64,000 nucleotides of DNA from Halarcobacter sp. (GCA_963676565.1 OY781089.1:2944001-3008000), one strand, 5' to 3'. Positions 21,510-36,622 are shown, counted from the stretch's first letter. A program made the numbers and translations. Notes: a model not told the origin generated them from the sequence alone.

Positions 21510-22061
21510 ATGAAATTAATTAAATTATTTACACTAATTACATTATTTATATCTATAGTATATGCAGATAGCGTTGTTCAAAAAAGAACAGAGATAAATA
21601 AAGAAAATAATAAAATACTAAATATGCTTTATAAAACTTATCCTAAATCAAAATCACAAATCCAAAATGCGTATGGGTATGCAACATTTAGTAATATTGG
21701 AGTAAATCTAATTTTCTTCTCTGCTGAAGGTGGCAGTGGCGTAGCTGTTAATAATAAAACAAAAAAAAGAATATATATGAAAATGGGCTCAGCAGGGGTT
21801 GGTATAGGTCTTGGAGTTAAAGACTTTCGTGCAATTTTTATCTTTGATAATAAAAAAGTTTTCAATACCTTTATCAATAATGGATGGGAAGCAAATGCAC
21901 AAGCAGATGCAGCAGCAAAATCTGATAAAAAAGGTGGCTCTATAGAAGGAGCAATAACAGTTCAACCTGGTATGAAGCTATATAAACTTACAAAAAATGG
22001 TTTAGCACTGCAAACAACAATTCAAGGTACTAAGTATTGGAAAGATGGTGATTTAAATTAG
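21510..22061 (+). CDS. Ysc84/SYLF-like lipid-binding secreted protein
   Basis: Signal peptide; GGSGVA, GVGIGLG, ADAAA, QGTKYW. Confidence 0.8.
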   Translation: MKLIKLFTLITLFISIVYADSVVQKRTEINKENNKILNMLYKTYPKSKSQIQNAYGYATFSNIGVNLIFFSAEGGSGVAVNNKTKKRIYMKMGSAGVGIGLGVKDFRAIFIFDNKKVFNTFINNGWEANAQADAAAKSDKKGGSIEGAITVQPGMKLYKLTKNGLALQTTIQGTKYWKDGDLN

Positions 22062-22079
22062 TAAGTCTATTTTATTAGC

Positions 22080-22155
22080 TGGTGCCCACAGCAAGATTTG
22101 AACTTGCAACCTCCTCCTTACCATGGAGTTGCTCTACCGTTGGAGCTATGCAGGC
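22080..22155 (-). tRNA. tRNA-Thr(GGT)
   Basis: GCCTGCA TA GCTC...GAGC A ACTCC AT GGT AA GGAGG...TTCAAAT...TGTGGGC ACCA. Confidence 0.9.
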
Positions 22156-22257
22156 ACATTCTAAAATGAGAATGAAATTTTATCTTTCAAGCCCTTTGTT
22201 TATCCTTAATTTAAATTAAATGATATAATATGTTTTATTTTTTATTTTAGGCTACTT

Positions 22258-23034
22258 ATGACACATTCAAATTTAGATAATTTTCACCTAGTTGATATTC
22301 AAAACCCTATTCATCCATCTATATTTTATGATGATCAAGAGTATGATCTTTTTATTTTAAGATTACCCCAAATAAAAAATGATAGTTTTGATTTACACAG
22401 TTATGCTTTTATAATTACTCAAGAGAGCTATTACTACTATGATAAAAATAAAGATGGATTTAATGACTTAAAAGACTTTAAGCATTTTTATCAGTTTTTA
22501 AATAAGTTAATAAATAACACAATGAAATTAACCACAAGTTTTTCTACAAATATTTCTGAATTAGAAGAACATGTTTATCAAGAAAAGACACATAAAAACT
22601 TTAACGCAACATGGTTTTCCCATAAAAATGATTTAATAAAAATAAATAGAGTGCTTCTTAAAGCAACTGAAGCTATTGAAGATATCATGTTTAAATATAA
22701 GAATGAAGATGACTATCTCGAAAGAAACTTTGCAGATATTCAAGAACATATTCAAAGAGCAAATAGAAATATAGAGCATTGTTTAGAGAAGCTAGATACC
22801 TTATTTAGTTTTTATCAAACACAAATTAATGAGCAATCTAATAAAATTGTCTATATACTAACTTTACTTTCAGGAATTTTTTTACCATTAAATTTTATAG
22901 TTGGATTCTTTGGTATGAATACAACCTCTCTACCCTTTACAAAAGAAAATGGTGGTACTTTAACCGTTGTGATTATATTAATAATAACAGGATTACTAAC
23001 AACATTAATAACCTTGTTGATGAGAAGAAGGTAG
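22258..23034 (+). CDS. CorA family divalent cation transporter
   Basis: IFLPLNFIVGFFGMN signature with two C-terminal TM helices. Confidence 0.88.
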   Translation: MTHSNLDNFHLVDIQNPIHPSIFYDDQEYDLFILRLPQIKNDSFDLHSYAFIITQESYYYYDKNKDGFNDLKDFKHFYQFLNKLINNTMKLTTSFSTNISELEEHVYQEKTHKNFNATWFSHKNDLIKINRVLLKATEAIEDIMFKYKNEDDYLERNFADIQEHIQRANRNIEHCLEKLDTLFSFYQTQINEQSNKIVYILTLLSGIFLPLNFIVGFFGMNTTSLPFTKENGGTLTVVIILIITGLLTTLITLLMRRR

Positions 23035-23117
23035 CAAATAGTAAAAACTAATTACGAGAATATAAAAAAGATAAGAAGTAAAAATAAAAAAGATAAAGAT
23101 TATGAGGGGGAAAAGGC

Positions 23118-23172
23118 TAAAAAAAAAGCTTCACCCAGATCAACTAAAAAAAGTTAACTAGAATGAAGCTTC
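23118..23172 (-). terminator. rRNA operon terminator
   Basis: aagcttca...tgaagctt hairpin followed on the minus strand by a long U tract, downstream of 5S. Confidence 0.65.
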
Positions 23173-23227
23173 AGAATTTGTCCCTGAAAAAGATGATAAT
23201 CTTTTTTAGTACAAATATATACTCAAG

Positions 23228-23344
23228 AGCTGGCAGCGGCCTACGTTTCCACAAGGGGACCCTGCAGTATTATCAGCGCAGAAGTGCTTGACTTCCAGGT
23301 TCGGAATGGAGCTGGGTATTTCCACTTCGCTAAAACCACCAGCA
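23228..23344 (-). rRNA. rrf: 5S rRNA
   Basis: Conserved 5S motifs (CCGAACC, GATAATACTG) and terminal helix; ends approximate. Confidence 0.93.
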
Positions 23345-23530
23345 ATATGAGTAAAGAAAGTAATTAGTAATTGGTTACTAGTAATTAGTAACGTTACTCT
23401 CTTTACTCACATTAGGTTCTATGAGTTTTAAAAGTTAAATGTTAAAAGTCTTTGCGTTATTGCTAACGTCTTACACAATTTGTATTAAATGCTATACATT
23501 TAATAAGATAGTAAACCAAGAAATATATAA

Positions 23531-26406
<2,876 letters not shown>

Positions 26407-26782
26407 AATAAAAGTATCTCTACTTCTACCTTATTTGAGAAATTAACTAATTAAAGTTAATTGCTTTTTTGAATAATTATTCCTTGGCTACTATCTTATT
26501 AAACATATTGCTATATTAAATAAAACAGTTGTGTCTATCATTAATTAGATATTTAATTAAAAATATCTGATTTAGATATGAAATTTTTTATTTTTTAAAT
26601 CATCTTCATACGAAAGATTAATTTAAACGAAAAAAATTAAAGACTTTAACATTAAATTTTTAAATAACATAATCATTTTTCAATGATTGTTTAGATCATA
26701 AGATCTAATATAAATTCAAATTCATTTGAACTTATATTAAATCTATTTATTTGATTTTTACTTTTATAGTTTATTTAATAGA

Positions 26783-26858
26783 TGGTGGAGATAAGCGGGA
26801 TCGAACCGCTGACCTCCTGCGTGCAAGGCAGGCGCTCTCCCAGCTGAGCTATATCCCC
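26783..26858 (-). tRNA. tRNA-Ala(TGC)
   Basis: GGGGATA...TTGCAC...TTCGATC...CCA in the rRNA spacer. Confidence 0.97.
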
Positions 26859-26892
26859 ACATATAATCTTATTATCAAAGATTATTTAATAA

Positions 26893-26969
26893 TGGTGGGC
26901 CTACCAGGACTTGAACCTGGGACCTCACGATTATCAGTCGAGCGCTCTAGCCAGCTGAGCTATAGGCCC
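26893..26969 (-). tRNA. tRNA-Ile(GAT)
   Basis: GGGCCTA...CTGATAA...TTCAAGT...CCA in the rRNA spacer. Confidence 0.97.
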
Positions 26970-27138
26970 ATTTGTCACCTATTTTTTAAATAATCTTTAT
27001 AAACCGAACACAATAAACTATCTATTTTTTTTCTCATCTTATTTGCTACATTTGTACGCTTAAAAAATCTACGATTTTCCAAGGTAACTGTCGTGTTGTA
27101 GCTTCTGAGCTAAGAAACGAATCTTAGCTCTTTCTCTG

Positions 27139-28656
<1,518 letters not shown>

Positions 28657-28819
28657 AAAAAGTTTAATCTTGACTTTATTTTAGTAACTCTAAAGTTACA
28701 AAATAAATCTCAATTTGTAAAGCTAAGCTTTATGTTAAATAGACAAGGATATGTTATTACCATATTCTTGTTTCGTGTTTATTTCTCTACATCTTCATGT
28801 AGTAAATAGTTTTATCATA

Positions 28820-28869
28820 TTCGGTTTATAAAGATTATTATCTTAACAAACCTTTTATTGTTAAAGAAC
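28820..28869 (-). promoter_or_regulatory. rRNA leader: boxA-like site and 16S processing-stem arm
   Basis: GTTCTTTAACA (boxA-like) at about 28859-28869; 28820-28837 is the exact reverse complement of 26991-27008. Confidence 0.75.
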
Positions 28870-28927
28870 GTTTGAATCGATACTCTCAACCTTGTTTCGT
28901 TAAGTGTGTCACTCAAATTGGACGGGA

Positions 28928-28956
28928 ATTATAATAGAATTTTTACCCCTTGTCAA
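28928..28956 (-). promoter_or_regulatory. rRNA sigma70 promoter
   Basis: TTGACA (28956-28951), 17-nt spacer, TATAAT (28933-28928). Confidence 0.88.
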
Positions 28957-29008
28957 GGGTTTTTTATTAATATTCGCTTAAATTTTGAAATTCTTTGAAA
29001 TTTAGTTT

Positions 29009-31417
29009 TTATTGATATATAAACACTTTACTTTCTGATAGTTTGGCAGATGAAAGTGCATAAAAAGATTTATCTAATATAGTACTTGCTTTCCCTCTTG
29101 AAATACCGATAGTTGGCACAAGGTCATACTCAGTTCCATCATAAGTTATTTTAAGTTCTTCTAAATATGTGATGATTTCTTTATAGTCTTTATTTTCATC
29201 TACTATAAATCCAATTTTTGGACCAAATAATCTAAATGGTTTTAACTCTTCAGAAATCTTGTCTGTAATTGCCTTAAAAAACTCATTTGAAGTTTTAACA
29301 TTATGTGATTTTGAAAACTCTACCAATGCATTTAGATAAACTTCAAAAAATAAAATCTCTTCTTGATCTTTTTCTCTTAATATATTTTTCAATTTATTAA
29401 TATTTGGTATTTTTGTAACAACATCAGTATATGATGGTATATTGTTTAAATAGTTTTTTAAAATATTTTGTACAACTAATCGGATAAACTCTTTTTTACT
29501 CTCTAATAGTTTTATTACAGCATTTTTATAAAAACTTGAATAATATAGTTTCATTTTATAATCATTGATCAAATCAAGTTCTATAAAATCAAAACCAACT
29601 TCTACTTTTTTATCCTCTTCTTCTGTATTTACAATTTCAGCTTTTACTAAACCATGAAATATATTATTTATAACTAAAGACTCAATCTCTTTATTTAACC
29701 ATTTTTCATTTGGCTCATTCATATCTAAAATACTTTTTGTAAGTGTTTCAATAGATAATAAAGAGTTGTTTTCTATCTCTAGATCTTTTTGTTTCATAAA
29801 AGAGTGAATTAAATTTTGTCCTATTTGGATAAATTGAACATTTGAAAAATTAACTTGTGATCTAAAGTTAAACTCATAAAAATAGTTTTTACCATAATTA
29901 AATAGTATTTGTTTATTGATTGAATGAAACTCTTTTTCTAAATAAGAATTATTATCTAATCTTTTATATATAAAATAAAACTCTTTTGATTTATCTTGAG
30001 AACCTATTAACTTTTCGTATGAAAAATATAAAGAAAGACTAAGATAAATTTTTGAGTAAATACCTGTAAGGTGAGAAACTAAATTGTTTTTTTCAACATA
30101 AGTAATAATTTGTTCAATATATTGATTTTTTGATGTTTCAATTTTAAGAGAAATATACTTTTGTAAAATTCTATCTATAATTTTTAATTTATAATATTCA
30201 AAATAATCATTGTCATATTTATTCTTTTCAAGTAAAGAACTAAACAAGTTATCAAGTTTTTCTTTTGAAATATTATCACTGTATAAAACTATATTATGAA
30301 TGATTATCATATCAACATTTGATATCTCTTCTTGACTAATAAAATAATCAATTAAATCTTGGTTTTCATTTAAAGAACTATTTTTAGTACTTGAGTGAAT
30401 AAGTTTATACTTAAGTAAAAGTTTATCCCTAAAATCATTTAGATTATCACTTTGAATAACTTCATTTTCATTTACATGTTTGTTATATAAAATAAAAAGC
30501 TCTTCTAATTCTTTTGAATCAGCTAACTTAATGTTCTCAATATGAAGCTTTGATTTTAATTTATAAATTAGTGTTAATACTAATGTAACTATCTTCTCAA
30601 GGAAAGTTATGTAGTAATTTTTATCTTGATTTAAAAGATTATAACCATCAAAAATTTTTCCTAGCATAAATACATATTTTTGAATAACTATATTTTTATT
30701 GTTTGAATCAATTGAAAGATAAGTTAAATTTGTAAAATATAAAAGTATTTTCCCTAAAATTGCATTTAAAGAATCAATTCTATTTTTATCTAATGTTATT
30801 TTGCTTTTTGTATTAGTTATAGAAGAAGTAATTAACTCTAAAATGACATTTATATTTTTTCTTCTTTGAATATCAATTGAATTGATGATACAAACTTCAT
30901 TTAATAATTCTAATAATGATAAATAAAAACTAAATGAAAGTTCAAAACTCTTTTCATCATTTTTTAAAAACTCTTCACAAACTTGAATTTCATAATCAGA
31001 AAGTAGTTCTTGAAGTTTTTGTGATGAGAATCCATTTGTTTCATCTATAAGATTGTAATTTTTTCCATTTGACAAAAGGTTTAATAAAATATATATCTCT
31101 TTAAATATATTAACAGAACTTTTTGTGATGATATCTTTCATTCTAGTTTCAATATCTTTTAATAAATAAATTCTATAGTTGTAACTGTTTTTTATAAAGT
31201 CTTTTAAATCGTCAGGTAATTCTTTATTCTCTAAATAAATTTTTGAAATAAAATTTGTAATAATAAAATATTGAGATTCAATGGTATTAACTAAACTACC
31301 CTCTTCTTCTAGATTATATATTTTTAATAAATTTTGAACTTCAAAATTGTCATTATCAATTGGTAAAAGATTATTGGTGTCTAGATTCTCTAAAAGTTCA
31401 TTTTCTACACTAAACAT
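29009..31417 (-). CDS. Large cytoplasmic protein with C-terminal degenerate GGDEF-like domain
   Basis: YTDVVTKIPN...FRLFGPKIGFI...TIGIS...ALSSAK follows GGDEF topology; 8 bp downstream of the MFP gene. Confidence 0.6.
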   Translation of the reverse strand: MFSVENELLENLDTNNLLPIDNDNFEVQNLLKIYNLEEEGSLVNTIESQYFIITNFISKIYLENKELPDDLKDFIKNSYNYRIYLLKDIETRMKDIITKSSVNIFKEIYILLNLLSNGKNYNLIDETNGFSSQKLQELLSDYEIQVCEEFLKNDEKSFELSFSFYLSLLELLNEVCIINSIDIQRRKNINVILELITSSITNTKSKITLDKNRIDSLNAILGKILLYFTNLTYLSIDSNNKNIVIQKYVFMLGKIFDGYNLLNQDKNYYITFLEKIVTLVLTLIYKLKSKLHIENIKLADSKELEELFILYNKHVNENEVIQSDNLNDFRDKLLLKYKLIHSSTKNSSLNENQDLIDYFISQEEISNVDMIIIHNIVLYSDNISKEKLDNLFSSLLEKNKYDNDYFEYYKLKIIDRILQKYISLKIETSKNQYIEQIITYVEKNNLVSHLTGIYSKIYLSLSLYFSYEKLIGSQDKSKEFYFIYKRLDNNSYLEKEFHSINKQILFNYGKNYFYEFNFRSQVNFSNVQFIQIGQNLIHSFMKQKDLEIENNSLLSIETLTKSILDMNEPNEKWLNKEIESLVINNIFHGLVKAEIVNTEEEDKKVEVGFDFIELDLINDYKMKLYYSSFYKNAVIKLLESKKEFIRLVVQNILKNYLNNIPSYTDVVTKIPNINKLKNILREKDQEEILFFEVYLNALVEFSKSHNVKTSNEFFKAITDKISEELKPFRLFGPKIGFIVDENKDYKEIITYLEELKITYDGTEYDLVPTIGISRGKASTILDKSFYALSSAKLSESKVFIYQ

Positions 31418-31425
31418 AATAATCC

Positions 31426-32769
31426 TTATCTTTCATGCAATGCATTTTGTTTTGTTTTTAAAATAGGTTTTAAAATAAAATCTAAGATTGTTTTCTTTCC
31501 AGTTTTAATATCAACAGAAGCAATCATACCTGGAATAATTGGAAGTTTTTCACCATTTTTTTCTAAATAATTCTTTTCTGTACGAATTACAACTTTATAA
31601 TAACTTTTTTCATCCCTTGACTCTTTATCTTTTATACTATCAGCAGATATTTCAACAATCTTACCATCTAAACCGCCATAAATAGAAAAATCATAAGCTG
31701 TAATCTTTACTATTGCTTGTTGTTTTGGATTAATAAAAGCAATATCTTTGGGATCGATCTTTGCTTCTACAAGTAATATTTCACTATCAGGGACAATCTC
31801 AATTAAATCCATACCAGATTTTATAACTCCACCAATTGTATTCATATTTATTTGCTTAATTATCCCATTTACAGGTGAAATTAAAATAGTTTTTGAAAGT
31901 TTATCTTCTTCTGAGATAAGTTTTGATTCATATTTTTTTATTTCTGTATTTATTTTTTGAAGTTCATTAAAAACTTCAGCTTTAAAAGTTTTTAGTTTTT
32001 CCTCTTTTTTATTTTGAGCTTCTTCAATTGCAAGTTCTAATCTAGGAATAGAAAGCCTTGCAGCATTTAAATCACCTCTTAATTGAGAATACTCTTTTTT
32101 AATTTTAAGTAAATCAACATTTGATCTTGCACGTTTGTCAACAAGTTTCGCAATAGTATCTCTTTCTTGTGCTACAAGTTTTAAACTTCTACTTAATTGG
32201 TATGTTTTATTTTTAGTTTCTACTAATTCTTGTTTTTTTTGTCTATATTGAAAATCTAAAGTTTCAATAGTACTTAATAATTCATCAATTCGTTTTCTAA
32301 AAAGTTGTTGATCGGCTTTTGCAAATGCTGGAGCTTCTTTTATAATTTCTTCTGAGAATTCTAGTGTAGGTAAAGGTTTATCTAAATCAATTTTTGATTC
32401 AGCTTCAAGTCTTGTTTTAGTAATTAATAAATGAGTATAAGTTTTTTTGTTCTCTTCAAGAGATGCTTGAAATCTTGTAGTGTCAATTTTCATTAAAGGT
32501 TGCCCTTTTTTTACAATTTCACCTTCACCAATTAAAATATCTGAAATAATACCACCATCTAAACTCTGAATTGTTTGTATTTTTTCAGAAGGTATGACCT
32601 TACCTTCTCCTCTAGCTAACTCATCAATAGGTGAGACATATGCCCAGTAAATAGCAAATGTAAAAAAAGCCAAAATAAGTAAAAACAAAACTAAGGCCAT
32701 CGAACTTATTTTTGAATTTTCTTGTGCATAAAGACTATTTACAAATCTTATATCTTCTTCATTTTTCAT
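31426..32769 (-). CDS. HlyD family T1SS membrane fusion protein (LapC-like)
   Basis: One TM, GKVIPS, IQSLDGG, SPVNG, AYDFSIYGGLDG, PGM. Confidence 0.95.
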   Translation of the reverse strand: MKNEEDIRFVNSLYAQENSKISSMALVLFLLILAFFTFAIYWAYVSPIDELARGEGKVIPSEKIQTIQSLDGGIISDILIGEGEIVKKGQPLMKIDTTRFQASLEENKKTYTHLLITKTRLEAESKIDLDKPLPTLEFSEEIIKEAPAFAKADQQLFRKRIDELLSTIETLDFQYRQKKQELVETKNKTYQLSRSLKLVAQERDTIAKLVDKRARSNVDLLKIKKEYSQLRGDLNAARLSIPRLELAIEEAQNKKEEKLKTFKAEVFNELQKINTEIKKYESKLISEEDKLSKTILISPVNGIIKQINMNTIGGVIKSGMDLIEIVPDSEILLVEAKIDPKDIAFINPKQQAIVKITAYDFSIYGGLDGKIVEISADSIKDKESRDEKSYYKVVIRTEKNYLEKNGEKLPIIPGMIASVDIKTGKKTILDFILKPILKTKQNALHER

Positions 32770-34946
32770 TTTTTCTGACTCACTATTTTTTTACTTACTT
32801 TTTGAGAGTTTGCAAAAGAACTTATAATCTTAGCCTTTGGACCATCAGCTATAATCTTACCATCATCAATTACAATAAGTCTATCAACTATTGAAAGGAT
32901 TGATGGCCTATGGGTAATTACAATAACAGTTTTATCTTTTACAATATTTGCAACTTTATTTTTAAATTGTTCTTCACTTAAATCATCCATAGAGTTTGTT
33001 GGTTCATCAAAAATCATAATATTTGGATTAGATACAAGTGCTCTTGCAAGTGTTACAGATTGTCGTTCACCGCCACTTAAACCATCACCTCTTTCACCTA
33101 CTTGTAAATCATATCCAGCTTGATGTTTTCCTAAAAAGTCATGAACACCAGCAATTTTTGAGGCTCTTAATATCTCTTCATCAGTTGCGAACTGATCACC
33201 AATAGTAATATTATCTTTAATAGTTCCCATAAATAAAAATGGCTCTTGAGGAACATAACCTATTGCACGTCTGAGGTCAACTGGGTCAATTTGTCGTAAT
33301 TCTGTATTGTCTATTAAAACTGAGCCATCTGTTGGTTCATGTAGATTCATTAAAAGTTTTGCAATAGTTGATTTTCCAGAACCTATTTTTCCTATAATTC
33401 CAACTTTTTCACCTTTTTTAATGGTAAAATTTACATCTTTTAATACTTTGAAATTTTGGTCATTGTATGAAAAATTTACGTTTTTAAATACAATATCACC
33501 ATCAAGATTTTCTCTACTTAAATAGTGTTGATTTGCATTTCTTTCAACTGGCATATTCATAATTTCATCTATATTATTTAAACTAATCATTGTTCTGTCA
33601 AGTCTAATTATCATACCAACTATCTGTGAAACAGGAGCTATTACACGACCATTTAAAATCATAGCTGCAATAATTGCACCCATTGTAACTTCACCTTCAT
33701 TTGCTAGTAAAACACCTGCTGCAACAATTCCAATAGATGAAAACTGAGAAATAAAACCAACAAAATAAGTAACTATTTGTGAAAGGTAATGGGATTTATT
33801 TCCATAATATGAAGTTTGTGAAATTGATTTTTCCCAATGAGTTCTCATTCTATTTTGAGCTCTTACACTTTTGATTATTTCTAATCCTGTAACAGCTTCA
33901 GTTAAAACTGTTTGTTTTATTTGATCCTCTTTTGCAGATTTTAAAATAGTATCTTTTATTGGTCTTTGCATTATCCATGAAAACATTATAGCAATAAATA
34001 CTGTTGCTAAAGATACATATCCTAAAGGACCTCCAATAAAAAATATTATTGCTATAAAAAGTGCCACGAAAGGTAAATCTACAAAAGCAGTAATTGTAGC
34101 AGTTGTAAAAAATTCTCTTACACTTTCAAAGGATTGTAATCTACTTACAAACATCCCCGTTGAAGAGGGTTTTGCATTTAATTTGATATTTAATAATTGG
34201 TCAAATATCTTACTTGACATTCTAATATCTGCACGTTTTCCAGCTTGTTCTATAAAATGTGCTCTTAAAAGTTTTAAAATAAAATCAAATATTAAAACAA
34301 TTGCAATACCTGATACAAGTACCCACAGTGTATCAACTGCTTTATTTGGTAAAACTCTATCATATACATTCATAGTAAAAAGAGGTACGGCTATAACAAA
34401 AAGATTGATTAAAATGGCAGCTAAAATCACAAGATAGTATATCTTAAGATTTTTTTTCATTGTTCCCCAAAACCATCTTTTAGCTTCATAGACTTTTACA
34501 TCTTTATCAACTCTATTTTCAAAGTTATATGCAGGTTTTATAATTAAAAGGTTTCCACTATATTCTTTTTTGAAATCATCTAATGAAATTGTAATTTCAC
34601 CAAGACTTAAATCAGGAATTATAACTGTAATTTGATTTTTTAGTATATTTACATTTAATACTACACAGGCTTTATTTGTATTAAAAAGTGCCACAGCAGG
34701 AAGTGACATATTTTCTATTTTTTCAACTTTCCTTTTTACAGGTTTTGCAACAAGCCCTACTCTTTTTGCTGATTTTATAAACATTGCAGGGGTCATAATA
34801 GAACCATGTATTGCAAGTCCAGAGATTAAAGATTCAGCTGAAGCTGCTCTTTTATGAAATTTTGAGAGGAAAAGCAGAGACTCTAAAAGAGTATCCACTT
34901 CTCTATTTTCAACGACATTTTCAAAGTCGTTATTTAAATCATCCAA
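32766..34946 (-). CDS. T1SS ABC transporter with C39-like domain (LapB/LssB-like)
   Basis: MNVYDRV, Walker A GKIGSGKST, LSGGERQ, DEPT. Confidence 0.95.
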   Translation of the reverse strand: MDDLNNDFENVVENREVDTLLESLLFLSKFHKRAASAESLISGLAIHGSIMTPAMFIKSAKRVGLVAKPVKRKVEKIENMSLPAVALFNTNKACVVLNVNILKNQITVIIPDLSLGEITISLDDFKKEYSGNLLIIKPAYNFENRVDKDVKVYEAKRWFWGTMKKNLKIYYLVILAAILINLFVIAVPLFTMNVYDRVLPNKAVDTLWVLVSGIAIVLIFDFILKLLRAHFIEQAGKRADIRMSSKIFDQLLNIKLNAKPSSTGMFVSRLQSFESVREFFTTATITAFVDLPFVALFIAIIFFIGGPLGYVSLATVFIAIMFSWIMQRPIKDTILKSAKEDQIKQTVLTEAVTGLEIIKSVRAQNRMRTHWEKSISQTSYYGNKSHYLSQIVTYFVGFISQFSSIGIVAAGVLLANEGEVTMGAIIAAMILNGRVIAPVSQIVGMIIRLDRTMISLNNIDEIMNMPVERNANQHYLSRENLDGDIVFKNVNFSYNDQNFKVLKDVNFTIKKGEKVGIIGKIGSGKSTIAKLLMNLHEPTDGSVLIDNTELRQIDPVDLRRAIGYVPQEPFLFMGTIKDNITIGDQFATDEEILRASKIAGVHDFLGKHQAGYDLQVGERGDGLSGGERQSVTLARALVSNPNIMIFDEPTNSMDDLSEEQFKNKVANIVKDKTVIVITHRPSILSIVDRLIVIDDGKIIADGPKAKIISSFANSQKVSKKIVSQKK

Positions 34947-34975
34947 TAAGTATTCCTAAGTTAAAGTATTTAAAA

Positions 34976-36622
34976 CTATTTAACTTTTATTATATAAGAA
35001 TCTGCATAAAGTTTCCTTGCCATAGCTCTAACTTCTTTAGCAGTTTTCATATCTTCTAGATTATAAATTACTCCACTTTGTAAACCTCTTGCTGGTTCTA
35101 CTTTGATTTTATAATCAGGACCAATAGCTTCTTGCATTTTATCAATTGCTTTTTGAGTATCTGTAATATCTTTATGAGCAACAAAATAAACTGCGTAAGT
35201 TCCTACAATCATCTCTTCAGTTTGAACAGGTTTAACTGTATCTTCCGCTAATAAAGCTTGAACCTCTTCTGAAGCAACTTCTTCTTTTACTGGTTCAACT
35301 TTTGCTGGTACTTTTGTTTCAGTACAAGTATCATTGTTGCTACTTAATACTGATTCTTTGATTGTTCCTAAATTTTTAAAGATATTAAAATATGCAGCAT
35401 CAAGATCATATTGAATATCAATTAATTCTTCTTTTGCTGATATTAAGTCTCTTTCAATATTTAATACATCAATAAAAGTTCTTGTACCACCTTCAAACTG
35501 ATCTTTGTAATATCCTAAGATTTCTTGATTGTCAGTGATATATTTTGATAATTCTTCTTCTCTTTTTTTAGCATACATATATGCATTATAAGCTGCAGTT
35601 GCTTCATCTATAACTTCAGAAGTTACCGTATCAAGTGTTGTTTGAGCCTCTGCTAAAAATGCTTTTTCTCTAGCACTTTGTGCTTTATCACTTCCACCAT
35701 TTAATAAATTATATGTTAGTTCTATTCTTGCACTATAAACATTTGTTTGTTCATCTGTTGTAATTAAGCTTTTATCATAAATTCCTTGTGCTTTGAATTT
35801 TAAAGTTGGGAAAAATGAAGCATCACTTTGATTTAAGATAGCTCTTTGTTCTTTGATATTTTCAACTTGCTCTAAAATCTTTGGACTAGATAATAAAACT
35901 TGATCTATATAATCTTTTAAAGTAGATGGTATAGCAGATACATCAAGGTTTGGTCTGCATGACTTTCCATCATCTTCCATTCCAACATTCTTTTTAAATG
36001 AACTTGTTGCTCTTAAAAGGTTGTTAGTATCTTGGTAAAGTTTATTATTTGCATAGTGAATTTTTGCATTTACTTGTGATTCATGTAAAGCAATACCACT
36101 AATTTCAGCTGTTTCTTTTGCTGTTTGAAAGTATTCATTATAAACACTTAAACTCTCATTTGCTACTGCTACTCTATTTTTGTATTTTACAAGATTTAAA
36201 TATGAATCTAAAGAGTCATAAATAATATCATCTACAATTGAGTCATTTAAATATTTATTTGAGCTATATCTAAACTGAGCTTCATCAATTTGACCACTTG
36301 TTAGTCCACCATCATAAATAAGTTGTTCAAAATCTAGTTGAGCATTATAACCTCTATCCGTATTACTTGTATTATTTCCAGCATCAGGATTTGTCTTAGT
36401 GTTTTTTACACCAACGTATGCTGTTAAATCAAGCTTTGGTAAGTATCCACCTTCAGCTTCATCAATATAAAGTCTATAAGCTTCATTGTTTTTTGCTGTA
36501 GACATGATTTTTGGATTATTTGAAATTGTATGTTCAACTACCTCTTTGATAGTCTGACCTTGCATTAACGATGCACCTAATAATAGAATAGCTGGAAAGC
36601 TCAGCTTAATGTTTTTCCCCAT
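34976..36622 (-). CDS. TolC family outer membrane protein (LapE-like) with C-terminal extension
   Basis: Signal peptide after ATG 36622 (AAGGA RBS); YLPKLDL, FFPTL, GTRTFIDVL OEP motifs. Confidence 0.92.
   Translation of the reverse strand: MGKNIKLSFPAILLLGASLMQGQTIKEVVEHTISNNPKIMSTAKNNEAYRLYIDEAEGGYLPKLDLTAYVGVKNTKTNPDAGNNTSNTDRGYNAQLDFEQLIYDGGLTSGQIDEAQFRYSSNKYLNDSIVDDIIYDSLDSYLNLVKYKNRVAVANESLSVYNEYFQTAKETAEISGIALHESQVNAKIHYANNKLYQDTNNLLRATSSFKKNVGMEDDGKSCRPNLDVSAIPSTLKDYIDQVLLSSPKILEQVENIKEQRAILNQSDASFFPTLKFKAQGIYDKSLITTDEQTNVYSARIELTYNLLNGGSDKAQSAREKAFLAEAQTTLDTVTSEVIDEATAAYNAYMYAKKREEELSKYITDNQEILGYYKDQFEGGTRTFIDVLNIERDLISAKEELIDIQYDLDAAYFNIFKNLGTIKESVLSSNNDTCTETKVPAKVEPVKEEVASEEVQALLAEDTVKPVQTEEMIVGTYAVYFVAHKDITDTQKAIDKMQEAIGPDYKIKVEPARGLQSGVIYNLEDMKTAKEVRAMARKLYADSYIIKVK

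Noticed and set aside
23348..23409. Long hairpin with GTAATTAGTAA repeats between 23S and 5S as a MITE
   Set aside because: Single copy in the window and no target-site duplication; more simply rRNA spacer structure.
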